The notes: generated from the letters alone by a model not told the origin. A stretch of DNA of 60,685 nt, filler included, from Sphacelaria rigidula (GCA_964200075.2; 6 parts of 6 records of this genome joined end to end with filler, not necessarily neighbours in it); one strand, 5' to 3'. Numbered from the whole stretch's first letter, positions 22,230 to 35,515 are shown. Numbers and translations: made by a program.

Positions 22230-25050
22230 GCCGTCATCCTTTCGATGCCCACTCGGTCTACATGGCACCATATGCCACGACAACGCCGAGACGCGACACA
22301 GCTCAAGCATCCTGGCGGGAGAAAAGATCAAGCACAAGCACGCCGGCGTGCGAAAGCATCTACGGATGCATGGTCATCAGCTGCTTGTTTTGCTTTTCCT
22401 GCTGGGCGTTTTTTGTTGCGAAAAATAGCAGCAGGGTTCAAAACATCGTCGGCAAACGTGTTGCAGCCAGGACAGCACACTAGGTGACGGCTGCACTTCC
22501 GAGATGCATTATCGGAACACAATCGGTGCATCGGCGGTTTTTTGTGTAAACAATGGTAGCAGCTGAGCGCCGGCGAGAAAAGGAACTATTTACTTCTCGC
22601 AACTTTATATTTTTCGAGCGTTTGTACGGAATCGACATGGATTCAGATCGTACGTGAGATAAGTGTTACTAGAGTGTGTATAGACAAGGCACCTGATGTA
22701 AATCGTCGGAAATAGTACGAAAGAGCTGCGCTTGATGTGCTGTGTGGCTGCATCTTGGCTGCGGCTGGTCTTCAAGAGTCGCTGTGGTGTACCTACACAT
22801 ACGTCGCCACATACATCGTGCTTGGCAGGGTATTACGTGAGGTCTGCGCTTGTATACTATTCTGGTCATGAATTCAAAGACAACGGTGAGCGTTCAGTGC
22901 AAGGTGGCGGATCCTGTGCCTACACGACTCACATATTTGTACATAGCGCCCTGTACACGACCCTGAAAAGGCTTCTCGACACTGTGTAAGTTGCGCGGGG
23001 TGGTTGAGCTCCACATGGTTTGAGAGCGACCCTTCACAGCTTTTCGTGTGGCCATATGCCTGTGAGAGTACATCGTAGAAACCCATCTCAAGAGAATAGT
23101 GGAGGCTGCTCTGGCTCGTGAGTCAAGCTTACGAACAATGATGGTGCAGATGTCCCTATATTATTATTAGTATAAATATGTTGTTATTACCATCATTTTA
23201 TTTATTAAAATGTGTGAATTGCGTAAATGTCTCCCCGTCCTATACTCTGATCAGTACAAGCGTGTCCTTAAATTTCATACGCATTTCAAGTCAACAATGA
23301 TCCTTCTCGGAGCACTTTTCACATACTCTGACTATGGAAGGAGAAAGTCGGCACACTTCTTCATCACCCCGCACAAGCAGGACGAACGATGATCAGTACC
23401 CAACAGTCAAGTGGTTTGTGTATCCAACGAATCTTGAATCCCGTATTGTGGAGTGTTATCGTCCCATCCATTCTGGACGCCGGTCTACACCTTTCAGTAT
23501 TATGGGCGAACCAGCCGGGGTCACACAGGAAGGAGGCCGACACAGGAGTTTTTGTTTGTTTGTTTTAGTACTTCATCTTCCCTGTGCGATACTTGCCGTT
23601 TTTATTATTTTTTCTTCGTCGACGATCAAGTCGAATTTTGTGCATCCACTACGTAGTCGCTCTCCACTGTTCGGCATTGTTCAAGAAAAAATCCCAGATC
23701 GCTCCAAGATTCGAACCCACAACCCAACCATCAGAAGGTTCCGAGGTTACTAGCTGAGCCACCGGGGCGACCAGCACTGGAGCCTACCGATACTACTCAC
23801 TGCATCCATGCACAGCAATCCAGAGTGTCTACCGAAAGAGGATAGTTCAAGCATTGCCCCACGTGAAGGACAGAGGGTTTTGAGTGCACTGTGCAGTAGC
23901 ACTACAGTATCTACAGAGTAACGGCTCCCTTGCGGGATTGCATGATCTGTGTACGGCGAGAGCACTGAAGGAGGAGAGACTACACAGTAGTAGCACTACA
24001 GTACAGTATTGCGGTGGTGAATACTTATAGAAGTAGATGTATAGGGCAAAAACAACTGCACACAAGAGTGACCCGCCCGAAAAACACCTGTTTCGTAGCG
24101 CCATAAAAACTTCAAGCCAGCTGTAGACTCCATTATATTAATACCACCGCACCATATAGGTAACTTGGATATATCAAATAAGACCTGAGTATAGCTTTCG
24201 TCAGATGCTGGTAAGATATGCAGCAAGCAAACACCAGTTGCGGCAGCGCACGTCGAAAACGAGCACTACGTTTTTAAGGGAGGATGGTTTTTCGAACCCA
24301 TTTTTGAGCAAACCGTAGAACCGGTTCCGATGGACAGCCCTGGACCGGACGGTTCAGAAGGTCCTTTAAAATTTGAATCAGCTTGCGCAATCTTGATATA
24401 TGGGTATTTCAAGAGGGTACCTCGGGTGAACGAGTACCTGATTGGGGCCAAGGGTTACATGAATATCGAGGGATGAGTAATTACCTAAAATATATGTTTG
24501 AGTTTTCTTATGCCTCTGCGTGACACCGTTATTGATACGTTTCGTTTCCAGCCGTTGTAATATTCCAACCAAAATTGATAGAGCTGTGAACTGGCAGCTT
24601 TGGCCGGTTGAGGTTACACTGGCCGCGCCAGCTGCCAGTACATACTTGCTGTTCCAGCTGTTCTTCCAGTTAACCGGCTGCGCCGATCAACTAGAGCCGA
24701 GTAACTGGGAAAAGATCGGCGGCGAGCGGCGAAGCCGTGAGTCCTAACGGACCCCGTGGCTGGTGAGGGAGCCTCGCGGGAGCGCCGCCGGAAGCGAGAA
24801 AAAGTACGGTATATGGCTGGTTTCCTCTTCAAAAATGTGGATAATGGTGAAAAATGTGACTCCTCACATTGAGGGGCCAAGAGACTTAGATGATGTTGAA
24901 ATCCCGTCTTCAAAGCGGTGAGCGATTCGAAGATCCTTCATCTGCAGTATGCAGCAGCAGAGACTCCGTGAGGAGCGGAGGGTGGGAACAAGGGAACCAA
25001 GGCTGGCAGCACTTGGGGATAAGCGCGCAAAAACAATTTCACAACCGGGT
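22230..25050 (+). mobile_element. Highly decayed hAT transposase relic, interrupted by a SINE
   Basis: Collinear motif remnants: BED-finger-like (G)TICHD...RKHLRMHGH (~22260-22380); TLTMEGE..QYPTVKWFVYP (~23320-23430); dimerisation-domain-like QYILAVPA...KVRYMAGFLFKN (~24630-24840). Many stops and frameshifts. Confidence 0.45.
23449..23772 (-). mobile_element. tRNA-derived SINE, family A
   Basis: Minus-strand head GGTCGCCCCGGTGGCTCAGCTAG (A box) ... GGGTTCGAATC (B box). Body shared with 31917-32277 and 58955-59299. Confidence 0.85.
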
Positions 25051-25877
25051 CAACAAACGCGTATTGTATGTATGTAGTTGAACAGCAGGCCACGGTGTAT
25101 TTTGTATTTTGTGGTCGCGGGTTACCGTTTGATATTATTTCTGTTTTCGCATGTGCGATGAAACGACGATAAACCTTGGCATATATCCGCCATATCACTT
25201 CGAGCTATAGTGAGCGTGTGCTGCATCATGTTCGGGACGCTCCTTGTGCATGTGGCAATTGGCGATCGGCAATTGGAGTTTGGCCGTTCTGCATCAAGCG
25301 TGCCGCCGTATATAAGTCACCACTCCGTTTTATTTCTTGTTGTTCCTCATTCGACGTACCGGCCGTTGACCTACACGCTGCGGCCGAAAGAACGGAAAAC
25401 TGCAGAACCACGAGGTACTAGCGAAGCAGAAGAAAAGGAAAAAAGCAGAAAACACCTGAAGTAGTCAGCTAGTGACTGGCCCAGGACAAACATGTTCTTC
25501 ATGTGCTATGGTACTACCACAGAGCGCCAGACCCATGCTGTGCAAGTCGGCCGAAACACGGAAGACGAAGCATGATGCTTGGCGTTGCTGCATCACGCGT
25601 CATCGACACAACCAATTTCCATCGACACCTTCAAAGCGCCCTCCGTCTCAATTGATACCCCATATTCCTCTGCAACTATCAAGTGCAGGCCTGGATTGTA
25701 CAGTATAAATGAATATAATAGTCTGAGCATCTTCGTTGCAAAACCACCATACTAAAAATTGGTATAAAAATAGCCGGTAACGGCAAACCTCAAATGAACT
25801 GGATGAATTGGCGCCCTTGTCGCCAGTTCTAGTTTAATCGACAGTATAAACTGGTCCAGTTCACGGCCGTAAAAATT

Positions 25878-26410
25878 GACGATTCTTATGTGGAGTATTC
25901 GTTCAATTCTTCACCTTGAGTCAACCCAAGGGTAACGTCCAAAATCATGGATACTAACACATAAGTCATTACGAAAGTATGTTCATCTTGTTCCCCTTCT
26001 GTTCGACGTTCTCAACGACGCGGTTTTTTAAGCCACCATCGGTTGTAATATTTCAATCACAACTGACGACTCTACAGTGCATTACTCGCTGAGACTTGAA
26101 CTGCGAGCCACCGCAAGCAAGGTTAAGCCCGAAATCATGGATATCAAGGCATAACTCATCACGACTTTCTTTTCCCCCCGATTTTTCTCCTGCGCGACAC
26201 CCTTATCCATACGGCTTTTTCAAGCCAACGGTTGGTACATCCCAATCAATATCTACGATTCTACAGTGGAATATTCGTCAAAAGACTAACCCCGAGCAAG
26301 CCCAAGGGCAACGTCTATAATCATGAATATTAAGGGATAACTCACGAAAACAAATGAAGCGTTTTTCTTTTCTGCTGCGTGACATCTTTGTTGATGCGGG
26401 TTTTTGAAGC
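25878..26410. repeat. Three diverged tandem copies of a ~188-bp unit
   Basis: Units start at ~25878, 26065 and 26254. Shared blocks ACGA.TCT..GTG, AATCATG.ATA...CATAA.TCA, CGG.TTTT.AAGC. Confidence 0.7.
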
Positions 26411-26906
26411 TATAGAAGGTTCCCGTCGCCCAGAAAATAGATATTTCGTGTCGAGCCTTCACTTATTATATGTCATCGTGTTAGCAGCGGGCACACCGAC
26501 GCTATTGTGACTTTTGTTCGCCTCTCACGACATTTTCACACACTTGTTGCAATCGAGCACCCCCTTCTCGCCTGCTGTTGCTCCATCGACGACGAGGCAA
26601 AACTATAGCACAACAAGCGTGATTGCTGCATTTGAATCGAAGTTAACGAGATTGCTGGCGTGCCCTGCGGGATCACCCAAATCAGCGGTACGGTGTTATC
26701 GTACATTGACAATACGCTGGAGGAGGACAGTCCAAGCAATCCCCCGAGTGAGCGGAAAGAGAGTCACTATAGTACTTCTAGAAAGCAAAGCAAAGCTAAC
26801 CAGCTTGCTGATGTTCTTTACGGCATCGCCCAGATGAGCGGTACGGTTGGACGTCAAGAACACTAAAGAGGAATTGTTCAAGCGTTCCTTCGAGAGAGCG
26901 GACAGC

Positions 26907-27041
26907 GAGTCAGTGCAGTAGTTACATTTATACAGTAGTAGCACTACAGTAGAGTCAGTGCAGTAGTTACATTTATACAGTAATAGCACTACAGTACAGT
27001 CAGCGCAGTAGTTATATACATGCAGTAGTAGCACCACAGTA
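26907..27041. repeat. 45-bp tandem repeat x3
   Basis: GAGTCAGTGCAGTAGTTACATTTATACAGTAGTAGCACTACAGTA. Confidence 0.9.
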
Positions 27042-29120
27042 TGTACGATATAATACGGACTGTACAAGTAGCTGGTCTGAATTCCAAACTTGGCATGCAG
27101 AACACGATTTTACGATCAATTGTCTACCAAACTATAGCTGTAAATAGTCCCACAGCCACCTCATTCCTCCACTCAGCAGCACACGGTCGCGGTAGTGGCC
27201 TATGCTCGCTTCTCAGCACCTCTTCACATGTTTGCGTCAATCGACCAGCCCCTACCTGTTGCTCCATCGACCTCCACTCCTCTATTTTCGTACCAAATTT
27301 GATTCGTCGCTCATACCCGCAGTCGCCTACAGCATTACCCGAACAACACAGACAACAACAGTTATGGGGGCGGAATGGAGGCCGATTTTAGGTACAATAT
27401 TTCGGGCATGTGCGCACCGACTACTGTATGCAGAAGAAACGAAGCCAACATGAGCCAATCAGTATCAATCACAGGTACACGCGCCACCTCGAAATGACGA
27501 CCACGCTCATACAAAATGTACCATTGAAATGGTACATTCTACAACACACCTGTGATTAACGTTGTTGTACATGTGTACACAGGGTCACAACAACACGGGA
27601 ATAGAAACTGCTGCTCATGTTGTTGTTGTCCCCCTCTTGTTGAAGCGTGTTGTGCCGATCTCGCGAAGCCTAGATCTCGGCAACGAACCGGAGGATTAGA
27701 CTGCGGTTTCTTGCCTGCGCTTCCCACACACCCAATCTAGTGCAAGACGTAGGCTGGCGCCTTCACGCGTGATACCATGTTGCCAACAATCCAAATATAC
27801 CAAAAAATACGGTGTTTCGGCTTTTGGGGGCTTTTCCGGTCCGGTGTCGCGATTTGAGCAAAGTGTGTAACGACTTCGCGTAGCTGTTGTGGGAACGCGG
27901 AGGGCGGCTGTGAAATGCCGTGGACCCACTTGCTTCCTGTGTCGAGAACCGCGCGATCTCAACTGCTACAGCTGTCGCATACTAAGCCAAGTTAATAAGC
28001 GATGAAGCGTGCGTTCTGCCGTGAAGGCTCGGCAGAGGTGCGACCACCTACTGGCGTGTTTATTTTATCTCCTTTTTTCTTGTTCCTTTTGTAGTGGGTA
28101 TTTTCGGTCGTTAGGCCCCCCCCGCCGACCAAAATAGTAGTGCACGGGAGAGAAAAAACGAGAACTACTCATCTCGCTACCCTGTGAGTTTCAAACGTAC
28201 AGCACAGTAGTTGATATTGAATAAAGACGACGGAGGTGTGATCAACGTAGCTGAACGGAAACCGCACAAGCATTTCCACGCGGGAAGCTCTCACTTTTGT
28301 TCTCTCGCTCCTAGTGCATTATCCGACCCCGTCACCCCGCGTTGTTGCGCGCACCCGCGCCCGCCTCCTGTAGGTGATCAATACCATGTTCATAATGATC
28401 TTCATTTTCACTGTTTTAGGTAGGATCTTCGTCACATACTCATCATCATTCCTCGCAAAAAAAATAAAAACCCCTGCATTTGCCGTCCTCCTGTTTGACC
28501 CCGGTTAATGCGCCCACATATATCAAAAGATGTACCTCGGCGTCCAGAATAGATGGGATGACGACACAGCACCAAACAAATATCGCGTAGCATATTGGAA
28601 AATAGTAGCGGACGGTGTGGTACAGACAGCACTGTACGGGAGGTACTGAAATATACTGTAGTCACTCTAGCAAATGTTGTACTGCAAGCCATGAACACAA
28701 GGCGAACCCCCTCGGGGCAACCCGCAAAATGAATAAAGGAGAAATACAACGGCAAACACACTCTGGCCTTGTGGTGGGTATGACTATACACAGCAAGAGT
28801 CATGCGGGTTTGCGTTCATATGCCTCCAAGCAAGGTAAATATTTGGGTAACATTTTCTTCCGTTCGCATTTGTCGAGTCTTTCTCCCCTGCATGATCTCT
28901 TGGTTTTCGCTGCTAGCTGATTGTAGTTCGTCTGTGTATGTGCGTGTGTGAGCTGTGTTGTGCGTGTACGTGCCGTGAAGTGCTCGATCTGTCGGCTCTC
29001 TTGTACGCGGGTGGGTTCGAAAATGGTATGCCGGCTCTGTTGTGCGCGGGTGGATCCGACGTACGTGCACTGCTACAAGGCAGTGTGATGTGCGGTCTCT
29101 GCCCTCATCTATCTTCCTGC

Positions 29121-29550
29121 ACCGCGTACCAGTACGGTGGGATGTCGAGCTCTATACTCTCTTGTGGATCTGTTACGCTGTGCATTTTATGTAATTCCCA
29201 ACAAGTCTGAAACAAAAATATGCGCCCATGTGAATAAGAAGGTCCACGACTCCACCTTGAGCAAATTTTGTTGCACAAATACGGCTGACCCTCATTCAAC
29301 ACCACATATATTGCCGTGAAACAAAGAGCAAGAGCCAGCGTCAGGCGTCAACCGCACAGTGCACCAGTACCGTCGAGTGTTGAGCTTTATACTCTCTTGT
29401 GGATCTTTTACGCTGTCGATACTATGTATATACTGCATACATTGTATACCCACCACCTCTCGAACAAATACGCCCATGTAAAAAGGTCCACGACTCCATC
29501 CATCTTGAGTCAATTTTGTTGCACAAACACAGTTGGCCCTCATCCAACAC
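29121..29550. repeat. Tandem duplication (~29121-29303 and ~29351-29550)
   Basis: Shared TATACTCTCTTGTGGATCT.TTACGCTGT, AAGGTCCACGACTCCA and TTTTGTTGCACAAA. Confidence 0.8.
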
Positions 29551-30210
29551 TGTATGGAGACCCGTGTAGAGACTAGCAAGAGCTAGCGCCAGGCGTGCTG
29601 CACTTATGCTTGGGATGTCTGTACGTATTTGCTCGGGTTGGGTTCTCAAGGTGTAACGTGGTTTAGTCATGTGTTTCAGTCACGCCTGTTCAAATTTCAG
29701 ACCTGTCTCCAAACAAAATCCCCTAAAACGAACGCTGTTGCGTATACATAATAGTAAGGGCTGCCGCTAATTCGCACAGATTATCAAGGAAATGCAACCT
29801 AATGCACGCATCTGTGCGTGTTTTTTCGGGGCTCGGTGTGGACGTGCTGTGCTGCCGCCGTGCGTCTCCCGTGCCGTACACACATTTCAGTGACAACTGA
29901 ATCTCATTCTGTGCAGTATAACATCAAGATACTAGCGGAGCAACTGTCCACCGCTAGAGACCCCGCCATGTACAGGTCATGACTTGTATGAGTCACTACC
30001 AAAACGTGAAAGTAATCGTTCTGCTTCACTGGACCTCGAAATCCGCGAAGGACCGGGCTGTTGGGCAATGCCTGCCCTCCAACCGCTGGAGTGTCACTGC
30101 TTGCCGCCGGGCTCCGAATGGTGTCCATGCCATCACTGCCACCGCTTGCCGTTGGACAGCTTGTTATGTTAATGTCACTTTTGAAATGATTCCGACTAAG
30201 ACCCCCCCCC

Positions 30211-30295
30211 TGCTCCGTCTCGAAAGGGATGCGTGGTCAATGGTTGCACGACTAAGGAAAGCAACAAATGAGTAGCCCCGCTCCCCCCCCCCCCC
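30211..30295 (+). mobile_element. LINE 3'-terminal fragment with C-rich tail
   Basis: TGCTCCGTCTCGAAAGGGATGCGTGGTCAATGG..ACGACTAAGGAAAGCAACAAATGAGTA followed by a C-run. Confidence 0.85.
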
Positions 30296-30395
30296 NNNNN
30301 NNNNNNNNNNNNNNNNNNNNNNNNNNNNNNNNNNNNNNNTTAATTAATTAANNNNNNNNNNNNNNNNNNNNNNNNNNNNNNNNNNNNNNNNNNNN
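30296..30395. other. Artificial contig linker
   Basis: 100 nt N/TTAATTAATTAA/N. Confidence 0.97.
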
Positions 30396-31916
30396 GAGAA
30401 GCTGGGAATTCCCACGCTTGGGTTTGTTTTAGCCAGTGTCGCCAAGATGAGGCGCTTCATGCAGCCTGAACCCGAACCTCAGGCGCTATATTGCCATTTT
30501 TTTCGTGACACTTTCAGCTGGTTTTGGGTGGGGCTATCGTAGAAAGTGTCGTCCGTTCCTACGAGTAGTGCCACTACATCGAATTGTGTGCTCGGGCGCG
30601 CGTGGTTCGTCTCATCTCTATGAGATATGACACCGTTCAACAGTCAGTGATGCGCTCAAGAAATCATACCGCTATGTAGACGAGGAACGTTTTCCTTTCT
30701 TCCGATGGATGTTCGTTTGTGTTCGTTGGACTCAAGTGTGGCGATTGCACACTCCCTGATAGTTTGCTGCTGTCGTAGTTTGAACTCCTAGACATGTACA
30801 GGCAGGTTAACCGTTCGGGAACTCAGGGAAGATTTTTGTTTTAGTGGATGGGCACGATTTTCAGTCTTTTTCAAGTCAAAATGATGCCGACTCATAAATA
30901 CAAGAATCGTCACTGGATTCCCAAAGAGTCAAGTCTGTTTGTTTTCAGTAGGTACTGGTGGGCCAGACTACTCCGCTCTCCCCTTTACTTTTCACTTGAA
31001 TGTGTTCACTCGCTACGGAGCTTGATTGGTCGAGGGGTAGCAAAACTAGTGTAAGCTATCGGGGTGTATCGTTACATGGACAGAGCATGTCATCTGGTGC
31101 TTGGAAGTGGAGTTCCTCGCGACTGTTTTTTTTTGTGCGGAATGAAGCAAGGGTCTGTCGAAAAAAGATATCCGAAAAAAGATATCTGAACATGTAGGGC
31201 CCAAGATCGAAAAATTGAGTTTTTGAGGGGGCGGGACACCCAGCCCTCTGTCCCCTGGTTTGTTGCCGAGGCGTCGGTGGATGTGGTCAGCTGCCGTGTA
31301 CAGAGATCCTTGGAATGGAGATCGGGGAGAAGGCGGACGCGCCGCCCCCCCCAAGCTCGTCACTTACCATGATTGCATTTATGGGATCATGTTCCGTATC
31401 GTGTGCCTCGAGTATCTGTCAGTCCGGGCAAGTTTGGCGAGGCGTGAAATAGTGTTGCTACCTTGGCTGCAGGCTGTCGCGCTACCATGCGCTCGTGTGC
31501 GTACATGTGTGTGAGCATGGCCGGCATCCGAGGTCATCGGGACAGAGCGGGTAAGGAGCAGAAGCAAATAGACAAACCTCGCAAAGCCTACCAGACTTTT
31601 CGGTTCTTGTCAGTGTTTCTTGATCGTTTTATTCTGCAATACTAACAAAAATATATAAATATATACGACAGTTTTCGAACAACTTTCCCCCAGGAGGGAT
31701 GGGGGGGGGGGGGGCTCCATGTCCGAAAATCTTCTCTCGACGGACCCTTGGGAGGACGTGCAATTTCTCCATGTGATGGGCGAACGGCTGGCTGTCGATG
31801 GTGTTTCAGCATCTGACTTTCTTCGGGGCAGCCACCTTTATCAACATCATCAATATCTCTGGCGAAGCTGGATTCGTTTCCACGTTTCTTGTCGGTAAAT
31901 ATCGTGGATCCCCAGA

Positions 31917-32277
31917 GTGTGTGTCTTGTGTTGTTGTCTCATCAATCCTGGGCGCCGGTCCACACCTTTCGGTATATGTGGGCGCACTAGCCGGGGTCAC
32001 ACAGGAGGAAGGTCAACACAGGAGCTTCTTTTTTTTCATTTGTTTTTAGTACCCTCACCTTCCTTCTGCGGTGCTTGCCTTTCTTTTTTATCGCGAAAGG
32101 GGTTCAGCAGACCCCTTCCCTCGTCGACCGTTAAGTCAAATATTGTGTACACACGACATAGTCGCTCTCTACTGTTGGGCACGGTGTGAGAATAAATCCC
32201 AGATCGCTCCGAGAGTCGAACCCACGACACAACCGTCATAAGGTTTCGAGATCACCAACTGAGCCACTGGGCCGACC
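31917..32277 (-). mobile_element. tRNA-derived SINE, family A
   Basis: Head GGTCGGCCCAGTGGCTCAGTTGG ... GGGTTCGACTC; body matches 23449-23772. Confidence 0.85.
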
Positions 32278-32765
32278 GGCAGAGTAGAGGGCAAAAGTAA
32301 GCTGTCGTACCCGTCACAAGTGTTTCAACGCCAACTTTCTATTCCCTCGTATATGCATACGCACAATTCGATACAAGCATGCCAAAATAGGTTGATACCA
32401 CACTGCATGTACAAAAAGCAACAGCCATGAGACAAGTTGCCCCAACCCTAGTCCCAGTCGCGTCCCCGAATAGGTGGATGGTCCAACCCGTACATCCCCG
32501 TCATCACAATACACGCCGCATATCAAAACACTCGTAGGTATAATTATACAGAGAAAATATCCAGGGCGGTAGGAAACTCAACCTCAGTTTTCTATACGAG
32601 CAAGGTCCGACACTGCCACAACATTCCATTCACCGGAACCGGGCTGTGTGGTCTCTCATCGTCCTGGGTGCTTCACTCCGCACAACGCCCACGCGATGTA
32701 CGAAAAAGGTGACACCTATCGCTGTCGCCCCCCCCCCCCCCCCCGCCCAAATGTCGAAAACATTG

Positions 32766-32907
32766 TCATGTGGCGGAAGGCGCAGTGTCCTTGCCCGCTT
32801 GTGCCCCCCCCCCCGCCGCCGCAGCACCTCCTCCCGACATGCCCCAGTTCACGTAGTTGGCACTCTCGCAAGCTTTGTACTCTTCGATGAGACTTGCAAC
32901 CACCTCC
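32766..32907 (-). CDS. TUBG: Gamma-tubulin, terminal exon
   Basis: CAG acceptor, phase 2: (R)EVVASLIEEYKACESANYVNWGMSGGGAAAAGGGAQAGKDTAPSAT*. The tail frame depends on the length of a G-run. Confidence 0.9.
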
Positions 32908-33073
32908 CTGCCCAAGGACAAAACAAGACAAGATCAATTATGTTCTGTCAGCGCGGTTCCTGAGTATCTGGCAAACTTCCCTTTTCGCTTCTGTTTTTTT
33001 CTTCTGTTGTCGAACGCTCAGTTACATTCGCTTTCGAGAACTATGGCGCTGGCCAGCGAACCAATTCCTTGTT

Positions 33074-33173
33074 TCATGCAGTGCCGGTTAGTCTACTTCC
33101 ACTGATGGCCTCGTCCGCGCTCGTGGAAGCTTTGTAATGTTCGATTAGACTTCGTAGTACCTCCTTGTACCGG
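33074..33173 (-). pseudogene. Diverged duplicate of the gamma-tubulin terminal exon (pseudo-exon or alternative last exon)
   Basis: GGAGGTactacgAAGTCTaATCGAAcatTACAAAGCTT vs true exon GGAGGTggttgcAAGTCTcATCGAAgagTACAAAGCTT. Translates RYKEVLRSLIEHYKASTSADEAISGSRLTGTA*. Confidence 0.6.
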
Positions 33174-33384
33174 CTACAGCGACCACGAGTACTCTGCACA
33201 TGTGGGCTATTGGTGTTGGGCAGAGGTTGCTTCGAGCAGCATGCAAATATCAGCCGCTTGCTTTCTCGACAGCTTCATAAACATGGCCACGCTGCTACTC
33301 TGGCTCTCGCAAATGAGTGGGACCTGACGACATCCCGCCTCATATTCAGACGCACCCAACGAACTCAAGCGCAACTTAACGAGG

Positions 33385-33660
33385 GGTGGGCCCGGGGGAG
33401 AGGGGTGTACTCATGATCTTGCATGCCGCAGTCATACGACCGTTGATTTCGCATCCCTACAAAGCCGGGACGCAGCACGCCGAGTTTTCGCCGGACCAGG
33501 CTCTCAATCGATCACCGAGCCCGAAGCGCCGTGATGTATTCGGCGAGTCGCATGAACGGTGGACTGCATTCTGCCAAGGTTGGTTGGCCCGAAGCGAGAT
33601 GGCGGATGTTGCTCCGCCGTGAAGTTGCGTCTACTTGCTGACCCTTTTACCGGCTGTACC
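33385..33660 (-). mobile_element. Truncated LINE or LINE-tailed SINE (same family as 13500-13770)
   Basis: GGGGTGTACTCATGATCTTGCATGCCGCAGTCATACGACCGTTGATTTCGCATCCCTACAAAGCCGGGAC... Confidence 0.65.
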
Positions 33661-33810
33661 ACGTTTGAGGCACTCACGGAAAACTTGAATATTTCGAGAG
33701 GGCGCGCGGGGGGGAGGGGGAGGGGGAGGGGGGGGGGGCTGTCGTATTTCTTACCCCCTCTTGCTCGGGAAAGTCCGTAGCCTCGAGGGAGTTCAACCCG
33801 CCTCTTCCTC

Positions 33811-33853
33811 GATACTAGATACTAGATACTAGATACTAGATACTAGATACTAG
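33811..33853. repeat. (GATACTA)6 heptamer repeat
   Basis: Perfect tandem units. Confidence 0.95.
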
Positions 33854-35399
33854 TCTTGCATTGTGTCCCCGTGCATGGGATCAGCATTCCGCAACCCATT
33901 GACTGTCATGAAATCATGATACAGTGAGACATGCTAATCGAGGCCAAAACATATAGGATTTTTTTTCAAAAGTGTGTAGGATCTTCCTGTTGGAAAATCG
34001 CACAAGCCAATGAGAGGGGAATGATCCGCTCAGTCGGACGGCAAAAAAGCGAATGGGCCGCTCGGTCGGTTGGGAAAGAAGCGCAGAAAGACATCTGCAC
34101 CCATGACACGCACAGCTCCCTGCTGCATTGCATCGCCCGTTGAGATTGGTTGCAGTGAAGGTACACTCCTCATGGCCAAAATCAACGTACAAGTGGTCAA
34201 CATAAGGGGAAAAAATAGCCAAAAGGGCAAAATTGCCGCAAAAGGAGGTAATGCCCCAGGAAACTAACCACAAGAATGTATACCTTGTCCTCTTCACACC
34301 AGTTTAGGGTACCGGACAACTGTGGTGGATAACCAACAACTGAAGCTGTGCTCAACAACGTTCCGCTTGGTCTTTCCTGAGGTGCTGTCGGTAGGGTAGA
34401 ACGCGAGTGCGAGTGGTTTTGAGGTGTTGATACTCCAACTACTTTGGCGGGCCATTCAAGGTACTCTGGACACCCAACGTTTTCGGCGGTTGGTACTGTA
34501 GGTACTCTGAACTACTCCGCATTTGCGGCAGTGGAAACGATAGTCCATATACTTCGGGATACTCGGAATTTTCGACAGTCGATACTCCAGGTACTCGGGA
34601 GTACTCGGTACTGATGATACGCTGGAAATACCGACTACCAGGAGTATCGTACTCTCATCCCAACTACTTTTGGCTTCTTCTCTCGCGGTGCCTGTCACGT
34701 GTTGACGTGTAAAAATCAGCACAGTGTCTTCCTCGGCAAACATGGAGCACTGGGTTAAGTCGACGTATTTTTGGCGCCACGCAAAATACTGGCTCACAGC
34801 TGTATAATTCCACCATACCGCTGTGTCATCAAGTACCGTGACGTACCGTGACGGACCCAACAATGACAACATACAGCATTTTCTGGTCACTGCCACAAGT
34901 ATCGGGGAGTCACACTTACAAGATACAGCTACATGCTTGTCTCGCGCTTTTTATCTCTCGTTATTATTCGCTTTACTTCGTTTGTTTTATCCCCCTTCCT
35001 CTCTTTGCCATCTCCCTTCCTCTCTCTTCCACTTTTCTCTTCGAGTATGATGGCAAGTATGATAGCGAATATTTGCGTTCTGATTCCAACGTGTTCCAAG
35101 GTGGGGTACGCCTATCTCGTGACCACGGCTAGATTATGATTTATTCCTGGGGGATCAGTAAATGTGGGACAATCGATAATCGAACACGCACACGGCAAAC
35201 AGATGTTGGCAGCAAAAGAGGCACCGAGCATTACTCCTAAGCGTCTATCGTAGTACAACTTGATCATGTTGACTGTCTGCCTATCGGTCCACGGTCACCG
35301 CTTCGCCAACATGACACTGCGCTTCATGTAATATCATGATGCTACTGCAACTCGTGCACTGGTACTTGTATTGTGGGACTGCAGGGCTCCGACACGTAC

Positions 35400-35515
35400 C
35401 GTGAATTCTCGAATTCGTCCAGGTTGTCCGCGAACATGGGCTCCTTACGGTAGTTATCGACGAAGGCGTTTCGCTTGCGGATCCGGTCGAACTGCTGCAT
35501 ACTCCGTGAGAACAA
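35400..35515 (-). CDS. TUBG: Gamma-tubulin exon
   Basis: TAG|...|GT, phase 0/2: LFSRSMQQFDRIRKRNAFVDNYRKEPMFADNLDEFENS(R). Confidence 0.95.

Noticed and set aside
23700-23772. tRNA genes at 23700-23772, 32205-32277, 59225-59299 and 60300-60361
   Set aside because: A/B boxes are present but the stems are degenerate, and each is attached to a repeated body; these are SINE heads.
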